Below are positions 13,709 through 28,545 of a stretch of 64,000 nt of DNA, in pieces (position 1 is the first letter of the stretch; the number at the start of each line of letters is the position of its first letter). The notes beneath the pieces are model-generated. The model ran no database searches, was not told the DNA's origin, and saw nothing but the letters and a program-made list of their open reading frames with translations. The stretch is from positions 78,368,001 to 78,432,000 of the forward strand of contig OZ024742.1 in NCBI GenBank assembly GCA_964016885.1. Reading direction: 5' to 3'. This DNA comes from Eledone cirrhosa (lineage: Eukaryota). The position numbers and the translations under genes were made by a program.

Positions 13709-14020
13709 TGCTCACGACGAATCACCCGACCCGCGAATTGAACTCAGAACCTCCTGATTGCAAGTCCAATGCGCTAAGCCATACACCTTTAAGTTGCTCC
13801 AATTTACTCAGCTGGAGAAATGAGTTGCGACGTCACTGGTGTAAAGTTGTATCGGTCATTGCCTTTCCCTTGAACGACATTGGTGGCGTCGAGGGGGGAA
13901 ACTAGAATGCATGGGTAACTGTTGATCTTCCACAAACAACATTGCCCAGACTTGTGCATTGGAGGGTATCTTTCTAGGTCAAATACCGTGGTCATTTGTG
14001 ACCGAAGGTCTTTACCCACA
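13709..14020. mobile_element. SINE with inverted tRNA-like head (13709-13790, minus) and plus-strand body (13815-14020)
   Basis: Body matches 58480-58640; minus-strand A/B-box-like head. Confidence 0.55.
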
Positions 14021-14328
14021 TATATATATATACATACATATATATGTATATATAATATTTCTGTTATTGCATGTGTTATGCAATGTTTTGATGTATTTTC
14101 ATCCTATTGTATTTATAATACTTATTCTAATTGTAATTAAATATTTTCGTGGCTGGTTTGATGCATTCGATTAAAATACTGCCAAAATGCAACCAAATTT
14201 CCTTCAAAATACACATTACGGTCTTTTAAAAGGACTGACGCCGTTGGTTGATACAGGAACGATATAGCTGTAAAAAAACGATATAGATGTAAAAAAAAAA
14301 AAAAAGATCGGATGATAACAGCTGTAAG

Positions 14329-14359
<31 letters not shown>

Positions 14360-14363
14360 TATA

Positions 14364-14650
14364 TAAATGGAAAAAATGAAATTTCATTTCTCGCTCTTAG
14401 TACGGCTGATACTTACATATAAGTATGTATACGTACATACATATATGTATACAGACGTACAGTAGTATGTATATACATACATACATGCACACATATATAT
14501 ATGTACGTATGGGTTTACCGAACATTTATTATAATGTTCGGTTTGTTTGTAAACAAATAGCCCGAATTAAGCCGTACAGTGTTCGGCAACCATCGTTGCC
14601 CTTTTGTTCAACACTGACAAAGGAACGATGAACTAGTTTCTAGCTTATTC
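14364..14650. mobile_element. Repeat shared with 44592-44985, internally inverted, with a half hammerhead
   Basis: 14364-14412 matches 44592-44647 directly; 14420-14650 matches 44738-44985 as reverse complement. Confidence 0.75.
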
Positions 14651-14932
14651 AAACTTTCCAAACTGAACCTGACCCGATAAAGTCTGGTTTCTTGGGAATG
14701 TCAACATTTATAAAACAAATTTTGTATTTTATCTGTTGAGAGCGTACCAAAATGTTGGTACCCTTGAATTATATATAATAAAATAAATATGTTTTTATAA
14801 ATATAGTTTCCATTTATTAATATCATTGATATTATACTCCAGAAAACTTGTAGAGTGCTTCGAATCTGTTATGAATAAATTTGTTGAATAACCAACAAAT
14901 TAAATATCTCTTTGCTTATATATATATATATA

Positions 14933-16376
14933 ATTTAAGATGGTAGTATGGTCGAAACAATAGAAGAAAAGACATCCTTCATCAGCTGTAAGACCGAGAT
15001 CAAAATGTTTCGGAGCTTAATACAGGACATCTAAAAGCGATCAGTCGCGCGCCCAAGGCCTTTTATCAATCAAAAGACCAGGAGGGAAAGAAAAGAAAAA
15101 AAAGAAGAAAGGGGAAAAGTAGTTAGGAGAGAGGAAGAAAGAGAAAAACAGGTAAAGAGACCAAATGATGGAGGGACACAGGTCAATGGAACATGCAAAT
15201 GAGTAACCGAGGAAAAAATAGAATAGAATAAGTTATGGGGTACCGATTAGACACAAGTCTGGAAGTACGATAACAGGAGCCCAGTGTTACCGTGCCATGT
15301 CAATCGAGAGGGAGAGAGTGAAAGAGAGTGAGAGAGGGAGGGGGAGAGAGAGAAATGGAGCAACTGGAAGTGAGAGGGAGAAGGGAAAGGGAGATAATCC
15401 AAAAGAGTTTTACGACAGTTGTAAAACGTGTCGTAAACGATCGAAACCAGAGGAGTTTTACGACATGTGTGAAGCATGTCGTAAACGATCGAAAACGAGC
15501 AGATGGATAGAGAGAGAGGGAGATAGGGAGAACGAGAGAGAGGAAAAAGGGAAGAGAGAGAACGAAAGAGAGGAAAAATGGAAGAGAGAGAAAGGGAGAG
15601 TCGATATGAAAGCGTGATGGGACCACAGATCGAGCAAAACAAGTAGAGGGGTTACAGTGGTAACCACACAGCTCCTTTCGTTTCTTATAATGTTCTACTT
15701 ACCGCTGCGACACCCCTCTACCTGTTTTGCTCGATCTGTGGTCCCACCACGCTTTCATATCGACTCTCCTCTTCTCTCTCTTCCCTTTTTCCTCTCTCTC
15801 GTTCTCCCTATCTCTCTCTCTCTCTCTATCCATCTGCTCGTTTTCGATCGTTTACGACATGCTTCACACATGTCGTAAAACTCCTCTGGTTTCGATCGTT
15901 TACGACACGTTTTACAACTGTCGTAAAACTATTTTGGATTAACTCTCTTTCCCTTCTCCCCCCCCCCCCTCTTTCTCTCTCTCTCTCTGTTTCTCTCTCT
16001 CCCTCCATTCAATTGAGATGGCACGGTAACACTGGGCACCTCTTGTCGTACCTCCAGACTTGTGTCTAATCGGTACGCTATAACTTATTCTATTCTATTT
16101 TTTCCTCGGTTTCTCACTTGCATGTTCCATTGACCTGTGTCCCCCCACAATTTGGTCTGTTTACCTGTTTTTTCCTCTTTCTTCCTCTCTCCTCTCTACT
16201 TTTCCTCTTTTTTCTTTTCTTTCACTCCTGACCTTTTGATTGATAAAATGCCTTGGGCACGCCGCTGATCGCTTTTAGATGTCCTGTATTAAGCGCCGGA
16301 ACATCTTGATATCGGTTTTACAGCTGATGAAGGATGTCTTTTCTTCTCTTGTTTCGTCCATACTACCATCTTAAAC
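14933..16376. repeat. Long imperfect inverted repeat (arms ~14933-15663 and ~15699-16376), probable PLE-derived fold-back
   Basis: Arms align as reverse complements throughout; (TA)n on both flanks; CTGATGAAGG near both outer ends. Confidence 0.9.
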
Positions 16377-16422
<46 letters not shown>

Positions 16423-16505
16423 GTGAGAGCGAGAGAGAGAGAGAGAGAGAGAAAGGGATATACATAGATAGATAAATGAATAGATAGGTAGAAAGATAGA
16501 TAGAT

Positions 16506-16821
16506 AAAGTTCTTTATTAGCCACAAGGGCACAAAAGAAGGGGACAAATACAAATGGAGAGTTTACATACAGGTATATGAAAATAAAACTATTAATAAAA
16601 TAACAAATAACAATTGAAATTCCCAATAGGGGGGGGGCGTTACACAGGGGTTGTACACACCCCGAAAAAATGTACAACCCTCATCTCCAGGAGCACCAAG
16701 AGTGAGTACTCCTTCCTCTCTTCCTCTTTTTCCTCAACCTACTGTCTTATATAGAGAGAAGGCCCAACCACTCGGGCCATCTTTGCCACATTCACCCACC
16801 TTTTATAAAATTTGCTGTGGT
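16506..16821 (-). mobile_element. 5'-truncated Tx1 copy E (end of ORF2 plus 3' UTR, copy-B type)
   Basis: Near-identical to the reverse complement of 28016-28332; flanked by (AGAT)n on both sides. Confidence 0.92.
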
Positions 16822-16896
<75 letters not shown>

Positions 16897-16912
16897 GGAC
16901 AGATAGATGGAT
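16822..16912. repeat. (GATA)n microsatellite
   Basis: Directly visible. Confidence 0.95.
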
Positions 16913-17103
16913 AGTATGTCTATGTTATATGTATTCAAGTTTCCCTACGCGTATTTAAGTTGTGATCATGTCACGGATACCTCAACAGCTGTGTAAGCTT
17001 TTTATCATTTATCAGTAATGCTTATTTCCGTGAGTATACCGAGGTTCGAAGTTCATAAATTCTCATAAATAATCTAGATGAATCACTTTCATACGCATAT
17101 ATG

Positions 17104-17168
<65 letters not shown>

Positions 17169-17173
17169 ATATG

Positions 17174-18131
17174 TGGTATGTGTATATGCATTTTTTCTTC
17201 TAACTTTAATTTTATACCTAATTGTGTATGGTTGACGGTATATTTAATCGATTTCCACGTGCTATTGAAATGTTGGGTAAATATTCTATAACGGTTGGCC
17301 GCGAATAGATGGCTGTCGTTTATTTATCCACTATTTCTTCATAGGTACCTTTTAATCTAATAGCCTGGTTTAATTGTTTGTTTTTTTTTGTGTGGTTGAT
17401 TATGCTAATTGGGAGAGGAAATGGTTCTATGGACATACTTTATAGTATATTGCTCTGATTATTTAATTTATTAATTCATCATTGAGCCTCATCGTGAATG
17501 GTTGCCAAAACATATATATCTGTGACTTTGTCTAGTTTGTGTATATGTAAATCTTTATATTTGATAATCTCCCATAAGGTTGAGATGCAATTTGGGCAAT
17601 ATTGGGCTGCGCTTTCTAGCAACCAGCCCACTCGTCGTAGGCACCAATCACATTCTTTCTGACTTGACCACTGCCACTTCACAGTTCTTAGCCATTTTGA
17701 ATACGTTTCTGGCGGGGATCATTTAAGAAAAATCTTTGTCCAAGTGAGTTTGTTTCCTGATGAGTTCGAAGCTCGAGAATTTATCCTTGATAGGATATTT
17801 CCGAAAGCGAACGAAACCCTAAGGGTAGAAACGTAATCCTGGTATGTGTATATGCATTTTTTCTTTTAACTTTAATTTTATAACTAATTGTGTATGGTTG
17901 ACGGCTATTTAATCGATTTCCACGTGCTATTGAAATGTTGGGTAAATATTCTATAGCGGTTGACCGCGAATAGATGGCTGTCGTTTATTTATCTACTATT
18001 TCTTCATAGGTGCCTTTTAATCTTATAGCCTGGTTTCATTGTTTTTTTGTGTGATTGATTATGCTAATTGGGAGAGGAAATGGTGTATATATATATTATC
18101 AAATGATTCTATGGACATACTTTATAGTATA
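17174..18131 (+). mobile_element. Partial tandem repeat (666-nt period) containing a hammerhead; retrozyme or PLE pLTR-like
   Basis: 17174-17450 recurs at 17840-18131; hammerhead lies just before the second copy. Confidence 0.75.
17752..17832 (+). ncRNA. Type I hammerhead ribozyme
   Basis: Stem I GTTTC/GAAAC; CTGATGA 17757-63; stem II GTTCG/CGAAC with extended hairpin; GAAA 17813-16; stem III ACCC-TAA-GGGT; GUA cleavage site after 17827. Confidence 0.88.
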
Positions 18132-18184
18132 TATATATATATACTAAAATAACAGATCCTCACTTCGGATTTTAGTCTTCATAT

Positions 18185-20110
<1,926 letters not shown>

Positions 20111-20824
20111 ATGGTGTATATGCGTGCCTGTGTGTATACATGAATAAGTGTATGAACATATGTCTGTCTGTCTGTCTTTCTGTTTATATATACATGTTTT
20201 TCGTTGTTCGTGGTCAGATGATCAAAAAATAAAAAAACAAGCTCTTCCTACGAAATGTGGTGTTATCAACATCTTCCCAAATTATTGCATGCAGCTATTT
20301 TCTATAAGTTTTATTCTCTTCTTTTTCTTCATTCAACCACAACACAACATTTCGCTCACGTCATTGATCTCTTCTCGGAATAACCACTCTCTTATTCAAT
20401 TCTCAAGTCGTTTGCTTCTTCTGCTTCCACCGTTTCTTAATTCAGTTGTTGCTCTACTACTTCTTCTTCTTCTTCTTCTTACTGTTGCCGTTATTATTTC
20501 AACTCTTCTTTCCCTCCTTCCGTTCTCTCAGTCCGCGTTCTTTCCAATCTCTAGATGTCCCTTAATATTCTAGAGAGTTTCTTTTTACTTTCCATTAATT
20601 CAGTTTTCAAGTTTTTTTAAAAGTATTTTTTGAATTATATGTAATATTTATTAGAGTTCTTGAGCTATTTTATCGTGTTTCTTTTTTCTCTTAATATTCC
20701 TAGAAATTAATCTATGTATAAAAATACAAATACTCACTGATATGTATGCCTGCCTGAATGTATGTATGGCATCTACATATATATGCCTGTGTGCATTTAC
20801 GTATGTATTTATGTACTTTATCCG

Positions 20825-20862
<38 letters not shown>

Positions 20863-20869
20863 TATGTGT

Positions 20870-20971
20870 ATATGTGTGTTCAACGCACACATAGATTCAC
20901 CCCCCCCCCATATATATATATATATATATGGGGGGGGGGTGAATGTGTGTGTGTGTGTTGAACACACGTAT

Positions 20972-21002
<31 letters not shown>

Positions 21003-21052
21003 CAAGTATATATATATATATATGGGGGGGGTGAATGTGTGTGTGTGTTGAA
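20870..21052. repeat. Fold-back palindrome centred on (AT)n, with a second direct copy of one arm
   Basis: GTGTTCAAC..ATTCAC(C)n-(AT)n-(G)nTGAAT..GTTGAACAC; arm repeated at 21022-21052. Confidence 0.8.
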
Positions 21053-21369
21053 CATGGGGAGGTACCTATTTTGCGAAAGAACTTTTATCCAGGTGAATAT
21101 GAAATCTGTCAGTTTTTCGATAAATTCAACCCTTCTAGGCAGTTTTCTCTCTAGGCCTGCATTATTGGTCAATAAGAAATTCTATCTTTCTTACTCCGGC
21201 TGATGAAATGTAGAAAAATTGCCTCGAGATAAGATCACATATTTTCTTTATATCAAATAGGGAATGCTTTTGCGGTCTTGTCTACGGGGCACAGACCCAT
21301 TGCTGCTGCGCCCTTCTATTCTTTCTTCTCAATCTATTTTTTTCTCTTTCGATTAAATCGTTTTTAATA

Positions 21370-21765
21370 TTTGCAGCGTAGAGTTATGGCCCTTTACGTT
21401 CTGATTTCAAATACCATTGAGGTTAACTTTGCCTTTCTATCTTACGGGGTCGATAAAATAAAGCACCACTAATGCACTGGGGTAATTCCTGGCCTTGTGC
21501 CAAAAGCAGAAACAATATTTATATATATAAATTTGTCACTTTGTAATCGATTGTAGTGTAATAAACACAGTAATAATTGTTTCTACTTTTGGTACAAGGC
21601 CAACGATTACCCCAGTGCATTACTGGTGCTTTACTTTTTTCACCCCGCAAGGATGAAAAGCAAAGTTAACCTCGGCCTTTCATCTTTACGGGGTCGACAA
21701 AAATAGAGCATCAGTAATGCACTGGGGTAATTGCTGGCCTTGTGCCAAAATTAGAAACAATTCTT
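21370..21765. mobile_element. Three main-family SINE pieces in +/-/+ orientation
   Basis: 21370-21520 plus, 21572-21675 minus, 21675-21765 plus. Confidence 0.85.
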
Positions 21766-22279
21766 ACCAATTATCTAAAATAAAATAAAAGTAATTGACT
21801 GTTTCTGTTCCTCCATTCCCTACATGGAGTTAATAGTGTTACCTCAGATAATTTATAATTGAGATGCAATTTCCTTCGAAAAGTCGCAAAGGAGCCCGAT
21901 TGAAAAGGGTAGCCCCGTGATGTGGGATGGCTATTGCTGTGGGTACCTCAGGCCATTCTCCATGGTATTACTTCTGCCGTTTTGACCGCGGAGCACCGCT
22001 CAGACTGGGGTGTAGTGACTGTCCCTCCCCCTCTCTTTCGCCGTTTGATCCTTCTTTTGTTTCTCTTTTTCATTTTCTTTATCTTCTTTTCTGTTGCCTT
22101 TAGTAGTGTGTTTTGTTTTATTAGATACTACTCAATTATATTTATACAATGTCAATGGTCTTTCATGACTTTGTGAGATTTTGTATATTGAACAAATTGT
22201 AATAGATATGCGTATTTTTTATATTCTCAGCGGGAGTATTGATACAATGAGTTTCACTGAAATGATGAAAGTCAGCAGA

Positions 22280-22460
22280 TAGTCCTGACGTCATAGTTTA
22301 TGTGTCCGCATATAGTATTCTCGTCGTGAATGTGTGCTTCCTGTTCATGGTGTACATACGTATACACTCATATAGGTTTTTCTGCATGCGCTTTTGTATA
22401 CAGTGTTAATTGTAAACATGCGTGAGTTGGCATTTTTTTTTTTTTCTGATTGGCTATTAC
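22280..22460. promoter_or_regulatory. Promoter-like motif cluster (CRE, NRF1-like, CCAAT)
   Basis: TGACGTCA 22286-93, TGCATGCGC 22383-91 and CTGATTGGCT 22446-55 in non-repetitive sequence. Confidence 0.25.
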
Positions 22461-22768
22461 AGTTTAAAAAAACAAAAGAAAAAAGAAGCTAATAAATTTT
22501 GGTTATATGCTTAAGCATAAGAGAACGGAAACGAGAGTCCTTGATGTACATAATCTATCTATCTATCTATCTATTCTGTCTAACACAGAAGTAAATGTTT
22601 TAATTTCATTGGAAATTGCATGAACTGAATCTACATTCTTACACCATTTTGTAGATAAGCTGCGACCCTACACTTTGTAGGTGGTAGCAACCCCAAATAA
22701 TAAGCCCATCAGGGCGAGAAACGGAGAAATCCCACAAAATTTCTACCGGAATTTTGAATATAGCCAAA

Positions 22769-24722
22769 ATGGCCAAATTCTTTGACCTCATCTTCACAAA
22801 AAACACATCAGAGAATTGTGGAGATGGGCTGTTAATCTCACCTTCCACAGTACTAGTAGCAGGTGAAGGCTGTCTGCCTGCTGCTATCACCAACAACAAC
22901 AACAGTAACAACAACAGCAACAAAAACAACAACAACATCAAAACTGTCAGCCAACAATTAGACAGAGGTGGTGGAGGGACGGTAAAAGTGGCAAGCCAAC
23001 AAGCAGCTCGAACCGCCTCATTGAAACACTTCGATATGTTTAAAACACACCCTGACAACAACACCAGCACCACCAACACGAAAACTGTGAATGGCACAAA
23101 CTAAAACAACGCCATCAACAACAACAGTGACAACGAGAACAAGAAGAACAACAATGACAACAAAACCACAACCAACAACAACACCAACAACGGAAAAAAC
23201 GAAAACAACATCAACAATAAGAACAATAATAACAACAAGACCAATAACTGCAACAAGGAAGTAAACGACAAAATATAATTTGCTCAAACCGTAAAGAAAA
23301 CGGTAAGCTACACTCCAGTAGATATTTTAAATGCAAATGAGCTTTTGAATAACGCCAGACAATATGTAACTTTTGGGGAAAACGGATCATTCTCCATAAA
23401 CTCTCCCCCATATTTGCGAAGACAAGCTGCCTTGAAAACTGTGATTTTCAGGACAATCTCAAACAAAACACGAAAACCGACTCAACTTTCACAAGGCGAA
23501 ATTGAGTTGGCTTTAAAAAATGCCTTAAAAGACATTGCTTTTATTCAGAAGGGTAGACTCTACGGGAGTTTATCCATTCTAATGAAAGACCAATTGACGG
23601 CACAGAAATATTCTGTGTCGCCAATTGTGTCACCGCTGTTCACCTTTTTCCCCACTTACATGGGGAAAAGGACACAGAAAATAAAAATCCAAAGTATCAC
23701 ACCAAATATTGACATTTGGTGGGTACTATGTGGATTTTTAAACCACGAAACACTATCGGTAGGTAAGTCCTCCGGCGACCTGTTCAGCGGAACTAGCCTG
23801 GAAATTCTGGTCCAAATGACACCAGAACGAATAGCTAGGATCCCGGAACGTGTGTTGCTGGATGGGCTTATATACATAAACATTTCAGTCGAGGGTAGAC
23901 GGCCCTCATGTTACAACTGCTCAAGCAGGGGGTCACCTGAGAGCATCCTGTCCTCGGCTAACTAGCCAAAAAAACACTACTGCCAACACCTGCAACACCA
24001 GCACAACAATCACCACCACAACAACAACATAAAAAAATAGTGACAACAAAACAAACGACAAACACAGTCCCACCCAACCTCACCTAAAACAACTCCAGAA
24101 ACACTCACACACATAACAGCTCCCCAAAATGTATCCCTCCCCAACAACACGGATGCGGCCTCATCATCGTCACCCAGTGACGATGAGGGAGAGCCTTTCC
24201 GACTAGTAAAATGAAAAAAGAAAAGACAACACAAACAAAAATGCAACAAACACACAAACACCAACACAAGCGACGAAAAGAGCACAAACGAAAACACCCC
24301 TCCTGAAAACAAAACACCTACTACAAAACGTAAACACACACAAGAACCACAGACAAAAAAAAACCCAACAAAAATGCTACACCTACATAAATACTAACAA
24401 TAAAACTTTAACAGACACCATATATAAAAGCCCTTCGGTGGAGACCGAAGGGAAAACTTTTACACACTCTTCGGAGAATCCTAATCTTAAAATGATTAGG
24501 ACCTCCATGGACACACATAAACAGTTAAAAGAAAAATTTCCTAACGACGTAGGTAACCCCTGCGTCAAACCCTACAATCGAGTCCTGTAAAAATGTTTCC
24601 CCACCCCACCAGACACCCCCTCCCCACCAAACATCTCTGTCCCTACCCCTCCAGAGGACACCCCCCCAACACCCCCATCGAGATTGCGCAGCCTGATCCC
24701 CAGGAGACGAAGAGGTGGGTGA
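22769..24722 (+). pseudogene. Tx1 ORF1 of copy B
   Basis: ORF 23345-23965 homologous to copies A and C; CYNCSSRGHLRASC knuckle across a frameshift. Confidence 0.78.
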
Positions 24723-24758
24723 TTTCTTTTCCTCTTCTTTTAACTTTACGGCACCAAC

Positions 24759-27700
24759 ATGGCCAATATAAGAGTTGGATGTGTGAATGTACGCGGGCTG
24801 GGGATGCCCTGGAAACAGGTCAAACTCTTAAACGACCTCAGGTCGCACAGTATGGATGTAGTAGCCATTTGCGAGTCCAGGATCCACAGCGAGCAACAAC
24901 TGGCCCCCATATTCCACGACTTTGAGATCTACGCATCTCTCTGTCAGCCGGGAGGTGGGTGGGGGTGGGGTTGCCGTTTTGCTGCGGAAACACCTGGACC
25001 TCGTAACACAGAGGATACATCTGGACCCGGAGGGTCGACTGGTGGTCCTAGACGTTGACGGTAGTGAAGGTGGAGCCTCCAGGCTGGTGGCCGCATATGC
25101 CCCATCCGGGACACCGCGGCCAGACTTCTTCAAACGTCTAGAGACTTTTCTGGGAACGTCCCGCTCCCTGCTGTTAGTGGGGGACTGGAATGGAATTCTA
25201 GATGCACGCTGGGACTATGTGGGAGCATGTCCCGATAGAGGGGGTGCAACAGCCTCAAACAGTGAATCGGCCGATTTGACCTGGCCGATAGATATCGACT
25301 AGATTTTCCGACTGAACCACTGTAGACGTGGACTAATCGTATCGGAACATCTAGATCGTATCTAGATAGGGTTCTAGTAAGAAAGAAGGATAGGGACATG
25401 TTAAGCTGTCCACAAATGTTCATGGTTGCCTATTCAGATCACAAATTAGTGACCTGCTTAGTCAACCTTGACAAAACACATAGACAGGGAGCCGGCTACT
25501 GGAAGCTGAACTTGTCGTTACCGACATGCAAAGCCTACAGTAGACTCGATAGGTTTTAGTAAAGAATTAGTGTTAGATAGAAATAAGAGCGAAAAGGACC
25601 TGGTAGATAAAGTAGAAGAGGCACTTCGGAGTGGAAACGTAGCCAGCGTGCTAGCAACGAGAACGGCTTGGACCAGCTCTTCGACGCAAAGCATGAAGGC
25701 TGCGTTGTCAGAAGCAAAATACGTGCTCTGGGAAACGTGGGGGCCAAAGCTGTTAGCTGGGCCCGAGTGACGGAGGCGAAAAGTGGCAACAAGTCCACGA
25801 TTCGGTATTTGAAGGACCAAGACGGACGCGTGATACGTGAGCCGAAGCAAATGTGCGCGGCCTTTCAGCGGCACTTTGCTCAACTGTTCCGGCAGGGCGG
25901 CGCGCCGGGAGGGGCTATGGATTACGGTTCATACCTCGACGGCCTACGGCGACTCTCGGACAGCGAGGCAAAGTTCTCCGAAAGGCCGCTGAGATAGGGA
26001 ACGCGCTGAGCCAATGCAGCAAACGCAAATCTCGAGGTCTCGACGGTCTACCCTACGAATTTTACGTAGCAATGCCGGACTTATTCTCCGGTGTCCTGGA
26101 AGCGGTCTACTGCAACTAGTAGCAGAACGTGAGAATTCCCACTTCTGTGACCAAGGGCGTAATCACGTTAGTCAGGAAGGAGGAGGAGAAAAAGGGGGAT
26201 AACATAGGCAACTTCCGGCCCATAACTCTGCTCAACACAGAGTTACAGATTTTGGCCAAGGTGTTGGCAAAGAGGCTGGCACTTGTCGTCGAAAACCTGG
26301 TGGGAGAATCGCAGACATGCGCAATCCTGACCAGGTCCATACACGACAACCTCCACTTCATGCGATACATCATAGAGAGGGTAGGGTGTAAACCCGGCTT
26401 CGGTGGGGCCCTGACAACTTGGATCAGTCTAAGGCTTTCGATAGGGTTGACCATCGTTACCTGAATGCAGTGCTCGAGGCGGCAGGCTTCGGACCCGTGT
26501 TCAGGGGCTGGATTGCTGCAATGCACAGCAGCATCATCTGCTCAAGGGTAAAGGTGAACGGGTACCTCTCGGAGCCGTTCCATATCACGCGATCCATCCG
26601 ACATGGAACCCTCTCTCCTCTCTTCTGTACGTACTGAGTCTCGAGCCACTACTGCGGAAGTTGGAGCTATTGCAGGCATCCCCCTGGAACTGGGACTGCG
26701 AAAAGCGGCGTCGGCCTACGCTGACGACGTGACAGTAATGGTGTCGAGCACCTCGCAAATTGGGGAAGTCGGCACCTTACTGGAGGAATACGAAAGGTTC
26801 ACAGGAGCGAAGCTGAACCGTGACAAATCCGTCGGTTTGCAACTCGGAACGTGGAGAGGCAAACCGATGCCTTCCGATGACGTCGTTGGACGCTGGACGG
26901 AAGGACCGGTAAAGCTGCTCGGGGTCTGGTTTGGTCCGGACCTCCAGGTGGAGAAGAACTGGAACGAAGTGACGGCCAAGGTGTTTGCGCTCACCCAGAA
27001 GTGGGCCGAGTGCAAACTATCCTTAAAAGATCGAGCGGAGGTGGCGAACACTTTTATAGCGTCCTTCATCTACTACCGCTTGACTGTCGTGCCTTGTCCA
27101 GCCAAAACGCTCACCAAAATGGAGCGCACTCTCTTCCAATTCCTTTGGAAGAAACGGGCTCCTTTGGTGAGAAGATCCATCTGTTGCCAACACCCTTCAA
27201 ACGGAGGGCTGGGGATGCCGTGGCTGACGATGCGCAAACACGCGCTCTGGCTGCGGCACCTCCATGTATTCCGCACCAGACAACCGGTGTGATCCCCGTT
27301 CGTGAAGCGAAGCTTCCCACGACACGTCTCGCTGACCGAGCTGCAGTCCTGGGTCAAGCAAAGACCGAGGAAAATGGGCGACTGGCACATCGAATGTGCT
27401 CAGGCGCTCACAGTCCTCTGGCAAAAGGACCCGGCGATCAGTGGAGACTCCAGTTCGCCATTCTATAGAGGGTTGGTCCGCAGCAAGTGCGACGACACAC
27501 TCGGAGAAACTCTAGGCGTAGAGGAGGAGGAACTGGCCAGTATGTTCGGTAGGACCTTCTGCCCGGGACCAATGGACAACTTCCAAAAGTCTCTGGCCTG
27601 GCAGTGCTACCGAGGAGCTCTACCAGTTCGAGACAAGCTCTACAAACACGGGCGTCCGGGTAGGGACCCTTCGAAAAAGATCTGTCCGAGATGCGTGCGC

Positions 27701-28099
27701 GACGAGGAAACCGTCGCACACGCATTTGTACACTGCCCGGGCATTACCGACCTGTGGGGCTATGTAGAACGACTATTGTCGCAAATGGGACCAATCCAGT
27801 TGACCACCGAGTCCATTGTTATGATCAAACCGCCACCCTCCTTCAAAAACGAGGGAGATGCGGTTTTCCTATGTGTTATGGTTATGGTGAAAGAGGTTAT
27901 ATGGTGGACGAGGTTAAAAGGGCTTAGGTCAGACACCTTTCTCTCCGGCGAGCAGCTGATTCGTTTTTTCAAAAATCATTTTGGAAGAAGAATCAGGATG
28001 GAGAGAGAGGTGCTATACCCCAGCAAATTTTATAAAAGGTGGGTGAATGTGGCAAAGATGGCCTGAGTGATTGGGCCTTCTCTCTATATAAGCCTGTAG
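24759..28099 (+). pseudogene. Tx1 ORF2 of copy B (APE, RT, zf)
   Basis: MANIRVGCVNVRG, VGDWNG, NFRPITLLN, DQSKAFDRV, AYADD, CPRC..EETVAHAFVHC; multiple frameshifts and stops. Confidence 0.92.
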
Positions 28100-28545
28100 G
28101 TTGAGGAAAAAGAGGAAGAGAGGAAGGGAGTACTCACTCTTGGTGCTCCTGGAGATGAGGGTTTTACATTTTTTCGGGGTGTGTACAACCCCTGTGTAAC
28201 GCCTCCCCCTATTGGGGATTTCAATTGTTATTTGTTATTGTATTAATAGTTTTATTTTTATATACCTGTATGTAAACTCCCCATTTGTATTTGTCCCCTT
28301 CTTTTGTGCCCTTGTGGCTAATAAAGAAATTTATCTATCTATCTATCTATCTCGCATAGTATAGACGCGTACAACATCGGCTCCTGCCTTTTTGAATTTT
28401 TACCTATTGACAGTAAATGTTTGATTCTTTATTGTGTTGTCTTCGTGTCTTTTGACCACCCGGCTAGGTCTGTAGATGGGTGGTCATCGTATTTTTACCC
28501 CTTTTGGGGGTAAAAACTACTCCTAAACATTTTTTGCTGACTCAC

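Larger units (their letters stand above)
22573..28332 (+). mobile_element. Tx1/L1-clade retrotransposon copy B, near full length, disrupted
   Basis: ORF1 and ORF2 relics; (ATCT)5 at 22553-22572 and 28333-28352; AATAAA at 28320. Confidence 0.93.

Noticed and set aside
21050-21300. Possible PLE fragment on the minus strand (also 13090-13560)
   Set aside because: Similarity (KSIPY etc.) too weak to call by eye
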